A stretch of DNA of 54,542 nt, the filler included, from Jimgerdemannia flammicorona (Eukaryota), in assembly GCA_003990765.1 (NCBI GenBank). It is 3 parts of 3 records of this genome, joined end to end, with 100 filler letters (N's around TTAATTAATTAA, not from the genome) between each part and the next. Parts side by side here need not be neighbours in the genome. Positions count along the whole stretch, not along the records: positions 18,216 to 36,330 come from RBNJ01002300.1; 2 more parts are not named here. One strand, given 5' to 3'. The notes under the pieces were generated by a model. It saw nothing but the letters and a program-made list of their open reading frames with translations, was not told the origin of the DNA and made no database searches. The position numbers and the translations under genes were made by a program. Shown piece after piece: positions 23,051 through 34,902 of this stretch (positions are counted from its first letter, which is position 1; each line of letters opens with the position of its first letter).

Positions 23051-24619
23051 TAGTGATAGTCGAAACTGTAACAATGTTTAGTTTTTATTAATATTTAATT
23101 ATATTATAATTCCAATATAAAATATTTTACATCAGAATTTTAACTATTAATAGACTAGTATCTGAGCTTTTGAATAGTATATGTTTTATTTTATTTGGAT
23201 AATTATAGATATTAATATAACTATTTTAAGTGAAATTATCCATTGGTACACTTTTGAGCCTTTTTGGTATATAAATCTTTTTTTTTTTTAGTGCATACAT
23301 TTTATATGCTATCAATATCCAAATTTTTACCATCACTGTTTCAGACATTCTTTACAACTCTATAGTGTTTTTGAATGATATCAATTTAGTTCTATTGTTC
23401 CAATTTCCCAATTAGACCATAAATGTTTTCCCCAATAACTTAACGAGTTTTCAGTCGATTTTGATGGTCTTGGTGTCATTGGAAAGCCATTCTCGAGAGC
23501 TTTCCAAAGATACCAAGAGCATTAAAATCGGAAGAATATTCACCGAGTTGGCAAGGAAATCATCTAACTCGCCGATTCCGAAACGAACGTTTTCCGTGAA
23601 TTTTCATTCGATTTTAATGTTTATAATATCATTGTGAAGCTCTCTATCAAAGCTTTCCAATGACACCAAGATCATCGAAATCGGATGAAATCTCACTGAG
23701 TTATGGAGCAACTGAATTTTAGTGTTCTGGTTGCATGGTTCGGTTTCTAGGTTGCGCCATATCCATTTATGGGCGTCATGGATGGCCGTCATGGACAGTT
23801 CAATCAAATTTGTATTGTGCCTTGAGGTTTTTTTTGCTTTCATATATATACCTGCCTTTTGAGGGTTCTTTTTACTGTACTGATACTCATCTTTATCTAC
23901 CTTTTGAGTTCTTTTTACTGTACTGTACCAATTGGACTACCAAATGTTTTCCTCGACAACTAGTGAGATTTCATCCGATTTTGATGATCTTGGTGTCATT
24001 GGAAAGCTATTATAGAGAGCTTCACAATGATATCATAAACATTAAAATCGAATGAAAATTCACTGAGATTTTGAGGAAAACGTTCGTTTCGGAATCGGCG
24101 AGTTAGATGATTTCCTTGACAACTCGGTGAATATTCTTCCGATTTTAATGCTCTTGGTATCTTTGGAAAGCTCTCGAGAATGGCTTTCCAATGACACCAA
24201 GACCATCAAAATCGACTGAAAACTCGTTAAGTTATTGGGGAAAGCATTTAGGTCTAATTGGGAAATTAGAACAATAGAACTAAATTGATATCATTCAAAA
24301 ACACTATAGAGTTGTAAAGAATGTCTGAAACAATGATGGTGAAAATTTGGATATTGATAGCATGTAAAATGTATGCACTAAAAAAAAAAAAAGGTTTATA
24401 TACCAAAAAGGATCAAAAGTGTACCAATGGATAATTTAACTTAAAATGATTATATTAATATCTACAATTATCCAAATAAAATAAAACATATACCCTTCAA
24501 AAGCTCAGATACTAGTCTATTAATGGTTAAAATTCTGATATAAAATATTTTATATTAGAATTATAATATAATTAAATATTAATAAAAACTAAATATTGTT
24601 ATACTTTTGGCTATCACTA
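23051..24619. mobile_element. Non-autonomous foldback DNA transposon with ~650-bp inverted arms, Tc1/mariner-like ends
   Basis: 23051-~23698 is the reverse complement of ~23962-24619. Flanked by TA on both sides. The right terminus, read inward, is TAGTGATAGCCAAAAGT, consistent with a deaminated Tc1-type CAGTG..GCCAAAA end. Confidence 0.85.
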
Positions 24620-25049
24620 TATAGTTGAGTTATCAATTCTGACAGATCTAATATATATTAATTTTAAGAAATTCATGCATATTTGGAGATATCTATATAT
24701 CAACAGTGAAGGATATTTGACCTTATATATTCTATTTTTGAATATAATAAATAGATATTTAACTTGAAAATAGTTGAATTAATATTCAATATCAAAATAT
24801 TAGATCTTATCTATAGCATAATTTTGATAGTATCATACTTCTGTTGAAAGGCCAGTTTAATTTTATTTTGTATAGTTCTAGCAGAAAGTATAATAATATC
24901 TGGTTTTAAAAGGGAAAAAAGATCTTTCAACTTTAAATTCTCAACAATTATAAAAGTCTGACTATTACTGATAATCTAGTAAATAAGCTTTTCTTGAAAT
25001 AATAGTATAGAGAATTTTAGCTATTTTGAATATTATAAAGTAATAATAA

Positions 25050-25051
<2 letters not shown>

Positions 25052-25090
<39 letters not shown>
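25052..25090. repeat. (TAA)n microsatellite
   Basis: About 13 TAA units. Confidence 0.95.
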
Positions 25091-25093
<3 letters not shown>

Positions 25094-25129
25094 CAAGTTA
25101 TATAAAAAATATACTTATGAAAAAAATAA

Positions 25130-25561
25130 CTCTATCTCTCCTCCTCCTTGATAACTCTTATGATACTTATTAAAATGTGCCCATAAATTTGTTGTTGAAC
25201 TACCAATAGTCTTATATAATATGTACTCTACAGTAGTTATATTTGTTTCAAACATCTTCATTTTCTATATACTTCTTTGTGAACTCCTTCTAAATATCAG
25301 AGTATTCTTTTCCTTTCTCAGACCATAATAAGATCTGTGATGAGACTATACTTGATGTAGCTATACTTACATCTAATACTGAAACTATTACTATAGTATT
25401 CTCTATAGATAGTAGTATTAAAAGTGCATTAGATATGCTTGATTACTTTGAGAGAGTATTGTTATATATTAAACTGTATGTATGAATTACTATTATATTT
25501 AGATTCAAATTAAATTGAATTGATGTCAAATTTGATTTAATTCAATTCATTGAGAGTACTA
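25130..25561 (-). mobile_element. 5' remnant of a hAT-like transposon (BED zinc finger plus terminus)
   Basis: Minus strand YKTIGSSTTNLWAHFNKYH matches the BED-finger GsTsnLxxHLxxxH pattern. Terminus ...TTGAGAGTACTA at 25561 matches the MITE TIR at 32671-33026. Confidence 0.55.
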
Positions 25562-26393
25562 CTCATAGTATTATCTAGATCTAATAGCTATTATTAGATT
25601 AACTTAGTTTGTAGGTCTGTTTTTAGATTATCTATAGTTAGTTCTAAGTCTAAGATTGGTCTTGAATCCAACTTTACAGAAGTGTGTTTTTAATACTATC
25701 TTGACTCAGTAATCTACTGCTATTAGTTGTAATAACTCTCTTTTAATCTATCTCTTATCTGTAGATAATCAGAGTATTTTGAGAAATTACTTAGAGACTT
25801 AGTATATAAGTATATATGTATATCAAGAAGTCTTCAATATGAAAAAATACTTACTTAAAAGTAGTTATAGTAGTAATGTTCTTTCTTAATAACTATAGTT
25901 ATAAGGGTCTTATTTTTTATCTATATACAGACTAAATTTGTCTTATAAAAAGAGATTTTTTTAAGTTTTTGAATTTATATACTAGTTTTTAGTTTTGGTA
26001 AAAGTTAGCTAAACTTCAGAAGTTTAGTCAGAAATACTAAAGTTACTTAGGTGTTATTACTAAAATTTAGAAGAATATATATATAAAAAAAGAACTTGAT
26101 TTTTATATTAAGAACTGAATTAAAACTACTTTATTTTAGATAGAAATACTGAGGATATTTATATAAGTTGGCTAAGTAATAGTTCACAATTTCTGACTAA
26201 GTATGAGTAATTAATTTGATAACTATGAAAGATCTTTATAATTAGAATAACTAAATAGATTGTTAGGTAAATATATATATTACTATAATAGTTACTATAA
26301 TACTATTATAGTATTACTGTAGTATTATATGTTCAAGAATAAGCTAGATATTATTTTCTATATTATTTATATTATTTGTTATATTTTATATAT

Positions 26394-26869
26394 TGTAACA
26401 TAGTGGACACTTACTCTTGAAAGTACGTCAAATTTCTGTATCTTGAAAACTTAACTGTTCTGACTCTCGCAGAGTCTCTTGAAGTTGTACAGGAGGGTGG
26501 GTGAGTTTGAAGTGTATCTGTCCGCAGGCTTACTAGTTTCTTTGCTATCTCTTTGCTTTGAACTATTTCAATCTGAGGTTTATTCACTTGAAGATACTGA
26601 GTTATTTATACAAGTTTGCTAGCTATGAGAGGGTAGCTAAGTAATAAATGAGTCATTTGGACTTTGTTGAAACATTTGGACAATGTCTAAATACTATACT
26701 AAATCGGAGTATTCAATTTGGATAATGTCTAAAATTTAGACAATGTCTAAGGATTTGGACAATGTCGAAATCAAGGACAGCTAACTATAAGGCTATACTA
26801 CTTTGGGACTGGGTACGATCAAGTGTCTATTCCCTATTTCCTTCTTCCAAATTTGGCTGTACCATCACA
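26394..26869 (-). repeat. 3' LTR of element 1
   Basis: TGTAACA...TCACA; matches 31864-32339; internal GACAATGTCTAA repeats. Confidence 0.95.
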
Positions 26870-26871
26870 AC

Positions 26872-27344
26872 TTCCTCCTAAATGGATGGTCTTGTCCCTG
26901 AGGTATCTATTCAAACTCCCAGGCTTCAATGGTCTGTATGGTCTTGTACTGTGCAATTTTCTATATGACTGTTTCCCAATGATATCTCTTTACTTTCTCA
27001 AAGTCAGTGGGAGTTACTCCTCTCAGGTAGTCTATCACTGCTTCATCTTCTCAGAATAACTTGTAGATCCTTTTGGCAATAGTGATCTGTGAGTAGGAGA
27101 GTTGACACTTGGCAATCCAGTATTCCTTGGTCTTTACTGGATCCTGATTGAGCACCTGTCCAAGCTTGAAGTACTCTTGGAATTCTGTGTGATACTGATA
27201 GGCTCTAAAGTGCGAGATCCGAGAGAGATGAGTCTGCACAATACTCTGAATATCCTTATAGTATGCCTCTATGGTTGGAGGCTCAGTGGTGTGCCATTGT
27301 CTTTTGATGGCTCTTTGGGCAGCACTAGTGATCTTGAGTGCCAT
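26872..27344 (-). pseudogene. Accessory ORF of unknown function between pol and the PPT of element 1
   Basis: MALKITS...FQEYFKLGQVL...ITIAKRIYKLF*EDEAVIDYLRGVTPTDFEKV. Similar to the LTR ORFs of elements 2 and 3. Confidence 0.65.
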
Positions 27345-27359
27345 CGCAGTACTTTTATT

Positions 27360-30300
27360 ACTGGCTATGATATTTCTTGAGTCAGTTTTGGTGAATGGTG
27401 GTGGGGATTATTGTGCCTGAGGGTTTTCATAGCCAAAAGGTGGTCTCTTTTATATCTTGCACAAGGTAAGGTCCTTCCCACTTGGGCTCCAGTTTTCATG
27501 ACCATGAAGCTTCTACTATATTCCAATACACTAGGACTTTGTCTCCTATCTTGATAATCTCCAAGGGCTTGTGGGTCTTTTCCGCATTCCTCCATTGTAG
27601 TGTCTGCGCCTTGGTTATGTAATCCTCAGCCTTCTTCCTGATTTGGTATAGTCTCCATATTTCCATGTCCTGTTGATAATCATTTGTATCCATTCTTCCA
27701 GATATTGGGGCATCTTTTGCTGTCCCAGGTATGTGATAATTCCATAGTAGAGCTCCTTATTCATGATTGATTTGTTGGTTGGAGGTAGTTTGAGGTGTCC
27801 GTGAGAGAGTATCTATATTGAAATTTGTTCTTCCAGGGCGGTGCATGATGGTTACATCATAGGCTTGTAACTTCATTATCTATCTGGCATAGATTCCCTT
27901 GGGTTGTCCAGTTGTCAGTAGCTAGGTGAGAGCTGAGTAGTCTGTCTGGATGGTGAAGTATCTTCCGGTCAGATAGTAGTGGAACTTTTCCACAGCCCAG
28001 ATGACTGCAAGGCATTCCAACTTGTAGGACTCATATTCTTTTTCAGCTCCTCGGGTTCCACGGCTAAGATATGCAATGACATACTCTTTTTTGTCTTCTT
28101 TTTGAGCCAGGACTGCTCCTAGTCCCTGTGCACTTGTATCTGTCTGAAGGATAAATTCTTGGGTCCAATTGGGTCGTCTGAGGATGGGTACCTGAGTTAG
28201 TCTGATCTTGAATTCATCAAATGCTTTTTGTTGTCTGCCAGTCCACTGGAACTTGGTATCCTTCTTGTTGAGTTTGTAGATTGGACCTGTGATGTTGGAG
28301 AATCCTCTAATGAACCTGCGATAGTAGGAGGCAAGTCCCATGAAGGCTTGGGCTTCTGTGACAGTAGTGGGCCTTGGGTATGCTACTACCACTTGTATTT
28401 TGAGGGGGTCCGTGTGTGTTCCATCTCGATTGATAATATGGCCAAGATAGAAGATCTCAATTTCTGCAAACTTGCACTTCTTGGGTTTGATATAAAGGCC
28501 ATGTTGTCTTAGTCTCTCTATTATCTACTGTATGTGCTGCAGATGTTCCTCAGGTGTCTTGCTGTAGATGATTACATCATCGACATAGACCATCATCCAT
28601 CTTCCCATGTCATAGCAGAAGATTTTGTTCATCATTTGCTGAAAGCTTGCTGGTGCATTGCACATTCTGAATGGCATTCGTAGGTAGATGTAGGTTCTGT
28701 CTGGGGTGATGAAGGCTGACTTTTCACTTGCCACTGCTGTGAGTCTGATTTGGTGGAATCCTGAGTATAAGTCCAAGGTGCTGTAGTACTGTGCTTCATC
28801 TCCCAGTGTTATAAGAATGTCACTGATGAGCGGCAGTGGTTGGCAATCCTTCTTGGTGACTGCATTGAGCTTTCTGTAGTCAACACAGAGCCTTGGGGCA
28901 AATTCTCCAGATTTGCTTTCTTTTTTTGGGGCTAGTACAACTAGTGAAGACCAGGGGCTGCTAGCTTCTTTGATGATACTGGCTTCTTCCATCTGCTTGA
29001 TTTCTTCTCTGAGCCATTCTTGGTAGGCTGGTGGGACAGATCTTGCCTTCTGGTAAATTGGTTCAGTGTCTCCGGTATCTACCTCATGATAGTAGTGTGG
29101 GGTCTTTCCCTTGATATCCTTGAAACCCGTGACAAGGACATCCTTGAATTTGTGGAGTATTTTCTTGAGTTCCTCCTTGAGTGGAAATTTGTCTCCAATG
29201 GTGTAACTGTGCTTGCTCGTGTTTTCCTCCTTCTTATACTCGAGTTCAGTGATCTTGGTGCTGGCGAATACTCCTCTTCCTGTGGATCTGAATCCTTTCT
29301 TTCCTCTTTTCATTTCCTCCAGATTCTTGACTTCTATGATCCTTGGCTGTATGATTGGAAAGATCAACATCTGTGCCAATCGGTCCTTCTTCTTGACTGG
29401 GAATGGAATTGTAGGATTGTGGTTCCTAGCAATGAGTAGAATTTCTCCAGTATAGTCTGAATCAATGACTCTTCCTTTGATTGTGATTTTGCTTCTAGCC
29501 AGGCTGCTTCTTATCTTGAGAATCCTGACATGATCCTTTGGGATGGTCATCTCTAGTCCAGTTGCGAGTAGGGTGGTTGTCTGGGGTTCGAGTACAGTTT
29601 CTTCTACTGTAGCGATGTCCATTCCAGCTATATTTTCTGACTTGTATTCTAGCAGGACTGCATCAGGGTAGATCTTTCGAATTTTGACCTTGATTTCTTC
29701 TTCATCATCACTGTCCTCCAGGAGGGCTGGTGGTTCATCATCTTCCTCCTTCTTGTCTTCTCTGGTCTGTTTTTTGAGAGCTTCCTGCCTTCTTGCCTGG
29801 TGGATCTTTCTGATTCTGATGGTGCACTGGTAGCAATCATTGATATGCTCCATACAGTACATCCTGATCCCATGAGGACAGACTCCTTGTGGTGTATAGC
29901 CTTCTGCCATCTTTTTGCACCATTCTTCTTCACTCATCCATCCAACTTTCTTCTTCTTTGGAATAGTCACCATATAAGCTCCCTCTTGCTCACTCTCTTC
30001 TTCCTCCATATCGGGCAGGACTCCTTTGTTAACATTAATGGGAATTCATATCTTCTGTCCCTGGTAGGTGATCTGCATCTTCTGAGCATTGAGATCGATT
30101 ATCGTCTTGGCTTTGTGAAGCCATTGATTGCCAATGATGATGTCATAGTTGGTGGCATTGGTTACAATTACATCTACTGAGATTGTTACTCCTCCAATCT
30201 TGATGGGAACATCTCAGATCTTCCCCAGAGGTGTGGCTCTTGTACCATCGGCTGTGACAAATACTAGCTTAGTTGCTTCTTCCACATCTCAACCTAGGCA

Positions 30301-31743
30301 GTCTGCTGCCTTCTTACTGAGGAGACATCCTCTTGCTCCTGTGTCAATGATGGCTTCAAAGACTCAATCCTCAATTTGGCATGTTGCATAAGCAGAGGTT
30401 TTGCGATTGTCCTCACTTTCTTCTTCTGAGTCCTCTTGAACATTATTGGTCTCAGTTATCTTCCATCCTTGTTCCTTGGTTGTTTCAGCAAGTCCAAACC
30501 TCATTTGCTATCTGAATGTTGGGATTTCTGCGAGCTGACCAAAGGTTGCATTGACCTTTTGTTGACTGAGATCCTTGAAGATATCATACTTGAAGGTCTT
30601 GGTCTTGCGAAGCTTCTTTTCTTTTTCTCCTTCACTGGCTGGAGTGGTTCCTCAGATGATATCTTGAACTGCTTGCTCTAGCTCAATATCTTGGTCCATC
30701 TCTTTGGCTTGGCTTTCTGTATTAGTTTCCATCCGCTTTTCCACTGGGTTCTTCTTGGGTCTTCCTGGCAGTCTCTTGTAGGGTTCTTTGCGAGCATCCT
30801 TCTTGGTGGTCTGAGCAGGATAGGCCTCCCATTTCTCTTCATCGGATTCTCCAATTTCTTCAAAGGTGATTGTATTGGCCTGCTCCTTATTTCATATGGC
30901 ATTGCTTGGTTGAGCCTTGCATTTGGTTTCACTCATACATTCATAGGAGTAGTGGCCTTCTTCTCTGCAGCTGTAGTAGGTACCTTTCTTCTTGTCTGAG
31001 GTGGCGGCAAACTTCTGAACAGGGCAGCAATCTCTTCCTCAGATTTCCTTTACCATATCTCCCAGGTGGGTGGTCATTTCAGCAAACCTTTTGGTGAGTT
31101 CCTCCATAGGGTCACTGTTCTTTTGCTGCTCTGTAGCTTTTGGCTGAGGTGTGTTTCGATTGATCATTGTGGTGGGGATCATACTGGTTGCCTTGGGTGC
31201 CTCGATTCTGACTCCTGTAACTCTCTCTATTATATCATCTTGTGGGTGTCTGGCTATCCAGTATCGCTGAGCATAGGTGACCTTTTGTGGCAGATCCAGA
31301 ATCACTAGTGATGAGCAGATGGCCATGGCTATTTCTGGATGGACTCCTTTCATGAAGGTTGCTTCAGCTACTTGATCTCAGATAGCAGCAGCATAATCTG
31401 CAAGAATTATCTGATATTGAATTCTGGTATAGAATGTGTTTGGATCCTCACTCATTCCTTGGCACATTGTATTGAGCTGATCCTTCAGGGCTTGCTTGAT
31501 CTCATCTGTGTAATATGTGTTTCGGAGCCAGGTCTTCTGTGCCATCAGTATGGCATCTGTATTATTTCCTGCATGGGTTGTGGCTGTGAATACTGCTCTG
31601 GCAGGGCCTCGTAGACTGAAGGGCATGAGGGCTACTTGCTGTGCTGCTGTCAGGGTCCTTACAGCAGTATACTGCTCGAAATCATCAATGAAGGTGATGA
31701 TTGATTTATCTGAGATATATCTATGAAATACTGGTAGTCTCAT
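27360..31743 (-). pseudogene. gag-pol of element 1 (disrupted)
   Basis: ORF pieces 31378-31743 (gag), decayed knuckle YYSCREEGHYSYEC, protease at ~30330-30365, 28525-30009 (dUTPase-RT), 27922-28392 (RNase H), integrase C-terminus at 27496-27660. Confidence 0.9.
29278..29694 (-). other. dUTPase domain within pol of element 1
   Basis: All five motifs: AGMD, RSSLA, VIDSDYTGEI, DRLAQ, RGKKGFRSTG. Confidence 0.9.
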
Positions 31744-31863
31744 ATCTATTTTGTCTGGGTATTGGGGCTTGGTTTGTATGATTGTTCGAGTGGTGGCAGT
31801 TGTTTGTTGTTCAGCTTAAAAGTGAGGGATTCATCTTGAATCACCAGCCAATGGGCACCAAGT

Positions 31864-32339
31864 TGTAACATAGCAGACGCTTACTCTTGAAAGTATGTCA
31901 GATTTCTGTATCTTGAAAACTTGACTATTCTGACTCTTGCAGAGTCTTTTGAAGTTGTATAGGAGGGTGGGTGAGTTCGAAGTGTATCTGCCCGCAGGCT
32001 TACTAGTTCCTTTGCTATCTCTTTGCTTTGAACTATTTCGATCTGAGGTTTATTCACTCGAAGATACTGGGTTATTTATATAAGTTTGCTAGCTATGAGA
32101 GGGTGGCTAAGTAATAAATGAGTCATTTGGACTTTGTCGAAACATTTGGACAATGTCTAAATGCTATACTAAATTGGGGTATTCGATTTGGATAATGTCT
32201 AAAATTTAGACAATGTCTAAGGATTTAGACAATGTCGAAATTGAGGACTGCTAACTATAAGGCTATACTACTTTGGGACTGAGTGCGATCAAGTGTCTAT
32301 TCCCTATTTCCTTCTTCCAAATTTGGCTGTACTGTCACA
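31864..32339 (-). repeat. 5' LTR of element 1
   Basis: Same length and sequence as 26394-26869 apart from mostly transition differences. Confidence 0.95.
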
Positions 32340-32670
32340 ATATTACTTATTTATAATATCATTACTAGGTTATATAATTATTCATCATATCTTCTTTATT
32401 GTCACATCTTATCTATTCACTCATTCTATTATAAATAATATAAAAGTATGTATATCTATATATCAGATCTAACAATATCAGAACTGAGTAAGAAATAGTT
32501 TTCTAAATAGTAAAAAAAGTCTGAGGTAAAAGAAAACCTCCCAAACTAATTAATAAAAAGCAAAAAGAATTCAAGATAGAGTGAATAAAGAACTAATATG
32601 TGAACTCTCTCTCAAAAGGACTAATATATAGACTAAGGTCTAAAAAGATCCCAATTCTACTATCTGAGGC

Positions 32671-33026
32671 TAGTACTCTTAATAAATCAAATTGAATCAA
32701 ATTTGATCTAAATTTGATTCAATTTAATTAAATTAAAGATCTAATTCAATTTAATTCAAAGCTAATTTAATTTGAAATTTAATTTAAATCCTATTTTTCA
32801 AAATATAATAACCTAACAAATATATATCCAAATTTAATAGTCTTTAGCTTATTAGATTTCTCTATATAAGGTAAATCTAATAAGCTAAAGATTATTAAAT
32901 TTAAATTTGAATATATTTTTATTGAGTTATTACATTTCTAAAAATAGAATTCAAATCAAACTCTCAATTTGATTTAAATTTAATTCAATTTAAGTAACTT
33001 TCAATTTGATTTATTTGAGAGCACTA
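32671..33026. mobile_element. hAT-like MITE with central palindrome
   Basis: TIRs TAGTACTCTTAATAAATCAAATTGA / TCAATTTGATTTATTTGAGAGCACTA; ~30-bp inverted arms at ~32829-32902. No clean TSD. Confidence 0.7.
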
Positions 33027-34838
33027 TCCAAGCTTACAGATCTTGATCATATTGCTATAAGAACTGTCTAATAAGAAAGATCCCACTCTTCAAGCCTATA
33101 GGCCTTGATTATATTACTATGTCAGCTCTTAGTTCTAGTTAGATATAGCTAAAATACCAGCCTCTATACTACTCTACTCTTAGCTAGCCAATTAAAAGGC
33201 TCTACTGAGATAGTACTCACTATATCCTGATAGCTATTATTAGTCTAATATCTGACTGGTTTATTGTAATTACTCTTCTACCTATCTATAATGATTATCT
33301 TTTCTCTCATTCTGATACTATCTAAAAAATAGTTATCTATACTAAAACTATACTTATCAGAAAGCTTACTAAAGTTCAGAGAGCTCTACTATAGATATTA
33401 ATAATTTATATATAGGTAATCTATACTGGTACTTAATATCCAAGATCAGTCAACTTTCTATATAGTCTATAATATAATATAATGATGTCTTATTAATAAT
33501 TATAAAAGAAAGAAGATGCTATACTAAAACAGATATACTTTAGATATAGCTAGAGATATCAAAAACTATAAAAAGTAGAAAATACTAATCTAATACTAAT
33601 AAAGGAGTAACTTATCACTATTGTCTCTTTCTTACTATTCTATAATAGATATAGCAAACTAATTCAAGATAGAGAAAGTAAAAGTTAGAAAAAGAGAACT
33701 CAGAAGATTATCTACCAAAATCTATACTATCTTTTATATTTGATAATAGAGTAAAACAGACATCTTGATCAGTGTGAGTAAGAGAGCTTGTATATTGGTC
33801 AAAAAATATATTACTGACTTTCACTATATTTTACTCAAACTGAAATCCTCCAAGTCTAAAATATATCCTAGATTGACCCAGATTTATCTGACCTCTATCT
33901 ATTCTAGATAATTTTAAAGCTGATAAAGATACTAGTACCAAAGTTGAGAATGCTAGAGATGCCAGAGATACTAAGGATACTGAGAATACTAAGAATGCCA
34001 AAGATACTGAGGATGCCAAGGATACTGAGGATATTGGAATACTCTCTGAAATTTCCTCAGGAGATAAATAATAAAGAGTATTGAATTGGTCAAAAATTGG
34101 ATAAAGCAGGAGAATTTGTTATCATATTCAGCAAAAAGTATTGAAAAGAAATGAAGCCATCTCTATAATAGTTATTTCATATTTCTCCCATTTATTTTAT
34201 CCTAAAATTATTGAGAGATATGATACTGCAATATATCTCTCCAGCATAGATTAAAGTATAGCTAGCTGATATGTATATAAGTTCTAGTTCTAGCTCAAGC
34301 TTTATCATGTAATCTAGCTTTCTGAACTTTGAATGTCTTTTCACAAATATCTATCAAAACCTGGCTTACTTGATCTTCCAATATCTCTCTTCAAATAATG
34401 AGAACAACTTTCTCTATATCAGCATTCAAGAGAATATAATTGCAGTATAAATTTAGAATACCAGCTGATAAAGTAGAGGACTCCAAAAATGTCATAGTTT
34501 AAAAACAATTTTGATACTCTTTTTCTAAAGACTTGACAGAATATTACCATTCTACTTCTTTTAAATTTTGTATATAAAGTGTTATTGTCTGGCCTTCTGG
34601 AAGATCAAGCCTTGGAATTTTCAATATTTCAAAATTCTGTAGACTTGAGATACAGAACTGAGTCTGGATAAATTTGATCTTGAGATTTTACTAATCTATC
34701 TAATATTAATATTATTAATCTAAAAAATCTATTAATAATATTTTATATTGATCCTTCTTCATTTTCTAAAAATTAAAATAAAAAGCAAAATAATCTTGTA
34801 AATAATTTAGATATGTACTCCTATACCCTCTCTTCCTT

Positions 34839-34839
<1 letters not shown>

Positions 34840-34898
<59 letters not shown>
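34840..34898 (+). repeat. Poly-A tract
   Basis: About 59 A. Confidence 0.95.

Positions 34899-34902
<4 letters not shown>

Larger units (their letters stand above)
26394..32339 (-). mobile_element. Ty3/Gypsy LTR retrotransposon 1: gag-PR-dUTPase-RT-RH-(integrase core deleted)-accessory ORF
   Basis: Two 476-bp TG..CA LTRs, 4-bp TSD ATAT, PBS at 31844-31860, PPT at 26871-26883. Motifs IIDTGA, YVDD, QTDTS..GLGAVL. Confidence 0.95.

Noticed and set aside
26675..26770. Spaced GACAATGTCTAA repeats as a CRISPR array
   Set aside because: They are 12-bp units with irregular short spacers inside both LTRs, in eukaryotic DNA with no cas genes; better read as U3 enhancer-type repeats.
26872..27344. Accessory ORF as a retroviral env
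   Set aside because: Too short, with no signal peptide, transmembrane segment or furin site.
31825..31860. tRNA gene ending in CCA
   Set aside because: No cloverleaf upstream; it is the primer-binding site next to the LTR.
33060..34700. Decayed coding-like stretches with a 9-bp repeat at ~33945-34035
   Set aside because: Probably TE-derived, but no diagnostic motif could be read.
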